NCBI GenBank assembly: GCA_013166775.1
Contig: JABLTJ010000001.1
Coordinates: 32,001-96,000, forward strand
DNA: 64,000 nucleotides
Reading direction: 5' to 3'
Source of the DNA: Promethearchaeati archaeon
GTDB taxonomy: Archaea; Asgardarchaeota; Heimdallarchaeia; Heimdallarchaeales; Heimdallarchaeaceae
A model generated the notes under the pieces. That model saw only the letters and a list, made by a program, of their open reading frames with translations. It was not told where the DNA came from and did no database searches. Position 1 is the stretch's first letter. Each line of letters begins with the position of its first letter. Position numbers and translations under genes: made by a program. Shown piece after piece: positions 58,420-64,000 of the stretch.

Positions 58420-59052
58420 TTAGTAAATGCTATCCAGTAACACATCTATTTTTTTAATTAACTCAGATCTAAGCTGATGACGTGGAGGTTTTTCCATGCT
58501 TTTAGCAGTTTCAATATTTGTATCGAAGAGAATTTTTGATGCAAGAGTCTTAACAATTTCTTCAACATCATAGTTCTTCAAATCACCAATTTGAGTTCTA
58601 TCCTTGACTACATCTCTTATTACAGCTTCACTTTCTTCAAATGAGAGAGTCAAAGGCTCTGATGAGCTAAAGTCTTCATGTATAATTGGTCTAGTTTTTT
58701 CACCATAAACAAACGATGTTGTTTGTTTCTCAGGAATGTGTTCTACTCTAATTTCGGATTCTGGATGTGAATCCATCTTATCCAATATGTATGTAAGTAT
58801 TCGATCTTTATCTTCCTGTTCGATATTTATAATTTGATATTTCGATCCTCTATTTGTTTTCAAATTTGTTGCTGCTCTTCCTGCAGAATATGACAAAGCG
58901 CTAGATATTCCAGTTTTTCTGTAAATGTAAATTTTCTTACCTCTTCTGTCGATTATTAGAAAAGCATCTCCTTCATGAACTAAACTTTCCTTTACGGGAG
59001 GAACCTCATGATAACTGCCATCTTTTTGAACCGAAAAAATTCGGAAAACCAT
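58420..59052 (-). CDS. single gelsolin-like domain protein with C-terminal extension
   Basis: EVP..ESL..GDAFLIID...IYIY..SS...A.RAA..L...IEQ matches the gelsolin repeat pattern. Confidence 0.65.
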   Translation of the reverse strand: MVFRIFSVQKDGSYHEVPPVKESLVHEGDAFLIIDRRGKKIYIYRKTGISSALSYSAGRAATNLKTNRGSKYQIINIEQEDKDRILTYILDKMDSHPESEIRVEHIPEKQTTSFVYGEKTRPIIHEDFSSSEPLTLSFEESEAVIRDVVKDRTQIGDLKNYDVEEIVKTLASKILFDTNIETAKSMEKPPRHQLRSELIKKIDVLLDSIY

Positions 59053-59121
59053 TAATTATCACCCCAATTATTAAACATTAGGCAGAATACTAAATAAGAA
59101 TTTCTTTTTATAGTGTTTTTT

Positions 59122-59838
59122 TCACTTATAGAGCGTTTTATCAGAAATTTCTGCATTACTGAATGCTCTTTTACGCCTTAAGCAGGACTCACATTTACCA
59201 CAGTGAATGGGTTTTCCATCATTTGTCCAATCTTCTACATTATAGCAAGAAGAAGAAAATTCAAGATTTGCTCCTTTCTTTTCAAGATATTTTACTATGT
59301 CGGATTTTAATAAATCATGAAAAGGTGCTTGAATTCTTACTTTGTTCATACATCCTAAAGTAAGTGATTCATTCATTTTATCCACAAATTCCTTTGTATT
59401 ATCAGGAAATGTTTCCCCCTCTTCTAGATTTGCCCCAAAGATAATATCAACAGGTTCTTTCATGCTATCAGCAAAAGATGCTGCAATAGACAAAAGCAGG
59501 ATGTTTCTGCCTGGAACCCATACTTGTTTTGCTGCTTCGTTTGTAATTGCTTTCTGATCTAGTTCAGAGAAATTTGAAAAAGAAGGAGGTTCTTTTTCCC
59601 TCTTTGATAGCTTGGAACCTGCAAATTTGGTAAACTCTCCTAGAAAAGGAATTGCGATAACCTTTCCTTCCAAAGAAAGAAGAGATCTATATTTTTGATT
59701 TGCTTTTTCTATAACTTCATCCTCTTTGCTCCAGTAAAGTAAACTCAATAGTATAACTTTCTCATACCTATCTATGGACCAATAAACACAAGCAGTAGAA
59801 TCCAACCCTCCAGAAAACAAAACAATTGCAATGCTCAT
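59122..59838 (-). CDS. queC: 7-cyano-7-deazaguanine synthase
   Basis: FSGGLDS, WVPGRN, FPDN, SCY..HCGKCESC. Confidence 0.95.
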   Translation of the reverse strand: MSIAIVLFSGGLDSTACVYWSIDRYEKVILLSLLYWSKEDEVIEKANQKYRSLLSLEGKVIAIPFLGEFTKFAGSKLSKREKEPPSFSNFSELDQKAITNEAAKQVWVPGRNILLLSIAASFADSMKEPVDIIFGANLEEGETFPDNTKEFVDKMNESLTLGCMNKVRIQAPFHDLLKSDIVKYLEKKGANLEFSSSCYNVEDWTNDGKPIHCGKCESCLRRKRAFSNAEISDKTLYK

Positions 59839-59873
59839 AATTTTCCTCTTCTATAATTTTTGTTTCCACCTAT

Positions 59874-60338
59874 TCAATCTTCTCCTGAATAAACAACCGT
59901 GCTAGTTGGAGTTTCAGACATTATGATTGTAATTTTGAACTGTGGATATTGTTCTTCTATTAAGTTATGAATATATTTTGAAAACAGTTCTACTGTTGTT
60001 GATTCTATTGGAATAAAAACCACATCTTCTCTTGGTAAACGGTAAAGTTTCCCTTCACAAGTATTAATAATTATTTGCTTATCTTTAGTTTCAATTTGTA
60101 GATCTTTGCTCTTTGATGGTATCAAGGTTTTGTGATCAAACTGTTTCAGCATCTTTATCACATTTGATTTAAACAAACCAAAATCTATGATCATATTATT
60201 TTCATCAAGTTCTCCCTCAATCTCAATTTCCACTTGATAATTGTGACCATGAATTTTTGCACATTTATCATGTCTAACTAACATGTGGGCAGAAGCTATG
60301 GTTAACTTATCTCCTGAAATCCTTAATTTCATGTTCAT
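59874..60338 (-). CDS. queD: 6-carboxy-tetrahydropterin synthase
   Basis: SAH, C..IHGHNY, IDFG, FDH, TVE, ETP. Confidence 0.92.
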   Translation of the reverse strand: MNMKLRISGDKLTIASAHMLVRHDKCAKIHGHNYQVEIEIEGELDENNMIIDFGLFKSNVIKMLKQFDHKTLIPSKSKDLQIETKDKQIIINTCEGKLYRLPREDVVFIPIESTTVELFSKYIHNLIEEQYPQFKITIIMSETPTSTVVYSGED

Positions 60339-60341
60339 TCC

Positions 60342-60974
60342 CTAAATTGATTTTGTTTTCGCTACATCCTCTTTTACCATCTGTACTTCATCAACATACT
60401 GTTTTATTACAGATATTATCCATTCCTTAAGTTGATTATCTTCAAATTTGAGTTCTAATAATCCTATTGCCGTTACATGCTGTGGAAATCCTGAGCTTCC
60501 AACATTTAATCCTAAGTGTATTTTACTGTTAGTTACTCCTACTGAAGCAATTGCTACATTTAGTTTTTTCTCACCAATGTATATGTCTGTTCCTTTTCTC
60601 TGGGCTTTAATCCCCTTTGCATTCAATTTTTCCAAAATTATTAATATAAGCAATCGAAGACGATAATATTCTATCTCTAGATTTGGTGGTTGAATATCAA
60701 ATTCTTCAATGATTATATGTAAACTATCACTGGAACTTATCAGAATCTCTGCCAAATGTGATTCTCTTTGAATATCCTTGATATCTACCATTTCTGCGGG
60801 AGATAAGCTCATACCACCTCTAAAGACAAGAATACTATTTCCTAAGACATCATAATTATTCGCTATATATTGACTAGATAGCTGTGAACCATCATATACT
60901 ATGCTGTTTTTGAAATCTTCTACAACAATGTTATAAGATTGATACTCACTTTTTTTCAATTTGCTCAAATCCAT
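60342..60974 (-). CDS. DUF366 family protein
   Basis: YDGSQL, ILVFRG, MVDIKD, RKGTDIY..KLNVAIAS..KIHLGLNV. Confidence 0.85.
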   Translation of the reverse strand: MDLSKLKKSEYQSYNIVVEDFKNSIVYDGSQLSSQYIANNYDVLGNSILVFRGGMSLSPAEMVDIKDIQRESHLAEILISSSDSLHIIIEEFDIQPPNLEIEYYRLRLLILIILEKLNAKGIKAQRKGTDIYIGEKKLNVAIASVGVTNSKIHLGLNVGSSGFPQHVTAIGLLELKFEDNQLKEWIISVIKQYVDEVQMVKEDVAKTKSI

Positions 60975-61914
60975 TCAATTGTTTTTTTAATCTCTTCAGT
61001 GTTGTTCTTACCTCTGCCACAGCATTGTGTTGATGAATGCTTTCATAGTTTATCTGTTTAACTGCAATAACTGTTTCCTCTGGATGCTCAGAGAATCTTT
61101 CACTTACCTTTTGTAAAATAGAACGAACAACATCTTCCACAAAAACTGGATTTTGATGAGCATAAAGAACAACAGCTTGCTCATCTTTCCTTTTCAATAC
61201 TTCATGAACAGGAGAACTCATTGAATTTTCAAGAATTTTAATAACATCTTCTAGTTCTACTCTTTCTGAATCTCTTGGTTGTTCAAAGAGTAAAATTGAT
61301 TTTGATCTTTGATTATGAGCAGCTATGGGAACAAGTTTTAGGATTTTATCAACATCCACAGTACTGAATCCTTCTTTCAGCAATCTCTCTTTTGTGATAT
61401 CTTTTGATAGTTCTTGCGAGCATGGACAAACAGTAGTTCCTTCCACCTCAGCACCAATAATCTTAGTTATTTTTATTCCCTTATCAGTTCTCTCTGCATA
61501 AGCCCCAGCTCTAAGTACATGTACGCTGGTTTTATTTTCTAAGATCGCTTCTGAAAAAGTTTCCATTTCATAGTCAGCACTTAGATTCACTTCAGCAAAA
61601 TTAGCTCCTGGTTGCACTTCAATAACCTTTTCTGCAATCTTAGCGCATAACTCTTCACTATCAACTATTACTTCACTACTTAATGTAGAGATTACCTCGT
61701 TAATAGCTTCAATGTTTCTTGACATATGGATACCCCTTTTACTCGGAAGTAAATCGACAAAAACATCGATTCTAGCAGATAATTCATTGTAAATTCCAAA
61801 TCTTTTTCTTCGAATTATCTTTGGTACATTACAAACCCCCACTCTACGTAATCCTATCTGGATTTTTGATTCATATGCTTGAACGTCGGATAATTCTTTA
61901 CTTCTTAGTTCCAT
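60946..61914 (-). CDS. mptA: GTP cyclohydrolase MptA/FolE2
   Basis: DVQ, RGIHMSR, TVCPC, HNQRS, LKRKDE, FVEDVVR, ESIHQHNA. Confidence 0.92.
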   Translation of the reverse strand: MELRSKELSDVQAYESKIQIGLRRVGVCNVPKIIRRKRFGIYNELSARIDVFVDLLPSKRGIHMSRNIEAINEVISTLSSEVIVDSEELCAKIAEKVIEVQPGANFAEVNLSADYEMETFSEAILENKTSVHVLRAGAYAERTDKGIKITKIIGAEVEGTTVCPCSQELSKDITKERLLKEGFSTVDVDKILKLVPIAAHNQRSKSILLFEQPRDSERVELEDVIKILENSMSSPVHEVLKRKDEQAVVLYAHQNPVFVEDVVRSILQKVSERFSEHPEETVIAVKQINYESIHQHNAVAEVRTTLKRLKKQLNGFEQIEKK

Positions 61915-61926
61915 TTTAAATACCTT

Positions 61927-62733
61927 TTATAATATATCCAAGAATTTGTGCATTTGAACTGAAATTCCTATCTTATCTGGAGGAAGATATTCCGATGCTA
62001 TTCCTGAAAGCTCGATTATTTGTTCCCATGTTGGTTGTAAGATATTAGATTTAGCTGGCGGAGTAACAATTTGAATTACTATTGGTACCCCTATTCTACC
62101 ACATAATTTTGCTATTACTTCAAAATCTTCTTTTCTTGAGGATTTAGATATCACAGTTTTTGCAAAGACTTTAGCGTTGTTCTTTAATATCTCACACATT
62201 TTAATCTCTCTCTCTACTAACATTTCCCAATTGAGTGATGCTTCTGCACTACGATCTTTAACATCAACACAAGCAAAATCAATCAAATGTATAATTCGTT
62301 TCAAAAAATCTATATCTTCAGTATAAGCTGTTTCCAGATAAATCTTATAATTTTCTTTTTTGAGAAGGATAAGTAGTTTTTCTAGAAATTCAGGCTGATG
62401 TAGAGGTTCTCCTCCTGTAAAGCTAATTGAATGCAAATCATTAGTTGTTAAGTTTCTTATGGCTTCCAATATATTTTCTACTGTTACTGGATTATTTATA
62501 CCTCCAAAAGATTGTAAGCCTGCTTTTTCTTCTATTAGACATTGCTTAGGTTGATTTGCTTTTGCTTCTGGAGAGTCACACCATCTACAACCCTTTGTTC
62601 CTAGTAATCCTTGTGAAAGAGGACATCCTGCGAATCTAATAAAGATTTGTCGCAATCCATAGCAGCTACCTTCTACTGAAGCTCCTTCTCCTTGGAAACT
62701 TGAAAATATCTCCTTTATATAACCCTGTGACAT
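61927..62733 (-). CDS. queE: 7-carboxy-7-deazaguanine synthase (radical SAM)
   Basis: EIFSSFQGEG, FIRFAGC..CRWCD, TGGEP, QMHK. Confidence 0.92.
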   Translation of the reverse strand: MSQGYIKEIFSSFQGEGASVEGSCYGLRQIFIRFAGCPLSQGLLGTKGCRWCDSPEAKANQPKQCLIEEKAGLQSFGGINNPVTVENILEAIRNLTTNDLHSISFTGGEPLHQPEFLEKLLILLKKENYKIYLETAYTEDIDFLKRIIHLIDFACVDVKDRSAEASLNWEMLVEREIKMCEILKNNAKVFAKTVISKSSRKEDFEVIAKLCGRIGVPIVIQIVTPPAKSNILQPTWEQIIELSGIASEYLPPDKIGISVQMHKFLDIL

Positions 62734-62812
62734 TAGACTAATTTTTTCTCTAATCTAAATAAGAATTCCTTATGTTGATAGAATTGTTCAGTAATTCAGT
62801 AATACAATCTCC

Positions 62813-63280
62813 CTATAAGCTATATCTTCCGATTTGTTCAAATGTAGCATATTTTTCAATATATTCCTTAACTTTTCTTGCATATTCCTTTGGATCTCTT
62901 TTCATTAAATTAGCAGCTGTTGAATTGAGTGGATCATCAGGATTTGGATTACTCAAAATGAATCGAATAGATTCAATTACATCCACTAAATTATTTGCTG
63001 GTGTCCAATCAACTCCAAGAACACCAACACAAATTCTCGTATCAAAGACATTAGCATGAAAAACCTTGGTAAGCATTCTCACTTTTGGTGGTTTAAATGG
63101 ATATTCTCGTGGTATATCAATTTCCAGAACAAACACCCCACCCTCATACAATCCCGCTCCAAAGATAAATCCTCGCCATGATAAAGTATTTCCATCAACT
63201 GGCTTAAATGTAGGTAATTCCTTTTTAAGCTCATTTGCTTCTATAGCGATTCTTGGCCAGAATTCTTCTTCAGATAACAT
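62813..63280 (-). CDS. ubiquitin-conjugating enzyme E2
   Basis: YEGGVF..I.IP.EYPFKPPKV.M.TKVFHANV..RIC, WTP, PNPDDPLN; start reassigned to ATG 63280. Confidence 0.93.
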   Translation of the reverse strand: MLSEEEFWPRIAIEANELKKELPTFKPVDGNTLSWRGFIFGAGLYEGGVFVLEIDIPREYPFKPPKVRMLTKVFHANVFDTRICVGVLGVDWTPANNLVDVIESIRFILSNPNPDDPLNSTAANLMKRDPKEYARKVKEYIEKYATFEQIGRYSL

Positions 63281-63326
63281 ATGCTCATAACCTTTGGTAT
63301 TTGCTAATAATCTCAAGGTTATACCT

Positions 63327-63491
63327 TTAATAGACTCCTGATTTACCCTGTTGCATCTCTAACAATATCATAAGTATTGCTGAGATTAATCCTTTTTGAT
63401 CTCCAGCTATCTTTCTGAATTCTTCTCTTTCTAGCATCAATGCAAGAGATCGCCATCTCACTAATAACTCTACGATATCTCTTTCGCTCAT
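63327..63491 (-). CDS. 54-aa hypothetical protein upstream of E2 (not in ORF track)
   Basis: MSERDIVELLVRWRSLALMLEREEFRKIAGDQKGLISAILMILLEMQQGKSGVY, with GAGG SD. Confidence 0.55.
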   Translation of the reverse strand: MSERDIVELLVRWRSLALMLEREEFRKIAGDQKGLISAILMILLEMQQGKSGVY

Positions 63492-63638
63492 TAGCCTCAT
63501 TTATGAAAAGTTTGCTAGATTTATTAAGATTATGTAAGGTTAAAGTCTTATGAGTACATGCTTTTTCTAGAGCTCATCTAACGCTTCCTATTCCAAAAGT
63601 TTTTTTATATACAAAGTGTTCATTTTATGTGAGAGTAC

Positions 63639-64000
63639 ATGAGTAGCCCAGAAGAAATGCTTGTTCAACTAATAAACTCAATAAACAAATTGTCGAATCT
63701 TGTGCAAAATGTAAATGAAGCAATAAATAAGCTATCAAACCAGATATCAAAACTAGAAGATAAAATGACTGGTTTCTCATCTGTTGAAAATCAAGTCTCT
63801 GAAGTAGGTTTAAAGCTTGGAGAGATTCCAGGACTAAAGACCATGATTGAAGGACTTAATGCTAAAATTGATGGAATGACACCTAAAAAAAGTAAAAAAT
63901 CTGCACCACCACCTGCCGCAGAGGTAACTCCACCTCCCGCTGCTGAATCTGCACCACCACCTGCCGCAGAGGTAACTCCACCTCCTCAAGAGTATGTATC
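63639..64000 (+). CDS. 3'-truncated coiled-coil protein with Pro-rich repeats
   Basis: MSSPEEMLVQLINSINKLSNLVQNVNEAINKLSNQISKLE... then SAPPPAAEVTPPP x2; open to the window end. Confidence 0.8.
   Translation, partial: MSSPEEMLVQLINSINKLSNLVQNVNEAINKLSNQISKLEDKMTGFSSVENQVSEVGLKLGEIPGLKTMIEGLNAKIDGMTPKKSKKSAPPPAAEVTPPPAAESAPPPAAEVTPPPQEYV
63898..63985 (+). repeat. 40-nt direct repeat, period 48 nt (SAPPPAAEVTPPP)
   Basis: aatctgcaccaccacctgccgcagaggtaactccacctcc at 63898 and 63946. Confidence 0.9.

Noticed and set aside
376-63290. Many 60-130 aa ORFs overlapping well-identified genes
   Set aside because: Antisense or alternate-frame ORFs with no recognisable motifs
1-64000. Stop-codon recoding (Sec/Pyl)
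   Set aside because: TAA, TAG and TGA all end conserved genes at expected positions; I saw no conserved gene interrupted by an in-frame stop

Overview
AT-rich archaeal chromosomal window, almost certainly from an Asgard archaeon. The informational genes are archaeal, and there is a ubiquitin E2 and a gelsolin-like domain; Heimdallarchaeia is plausible but is inference. Most of the window is housekeeping: rpoL, aIF2-alpha/nop10, an RNA-modification/rpoF/eL21/pus10/SRP54 block, aspS, pyrH, aRF1, Hef, valS, the uL22-uL15 ribosomal superoperon, an inverted secY...DUF106-eL34-cmk-eL14-cbf5 block, uS13-uS4-uS11, and three tRNAs (two with introns). An accessory stretch (~46.8-56 kb) contains foreign-looking and decaying genes. 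It is followed by a preQ0/archaeosine cluster (queE-mptA-DUF366-queD-queC) and an E2. The most notable unexplained signals are: (i) multi-stem, three-way-junction RNA leaders just upstream of uS17 and uS13 (candidate new ribosomal leaders); (ii) uS3 and uS4, both mRNA-entry-channel proteins, carrying tandem-repeat disordered tails, with uS4 ending in a fused helix-hairpin-helix domain; (iii) tandem bactofilin-like genes, a single-domain gelsolin, and a coiled-coil/polyproline protein; (iv) DUF366 embedded in the preQ0 operon; (v) several enzymes that have lost catalytic motifs; (vi) a D-arm tRNA intron. No CRISPR array, rRNA or transposase was found. All calls come from reading motifs by eye, without database searches.
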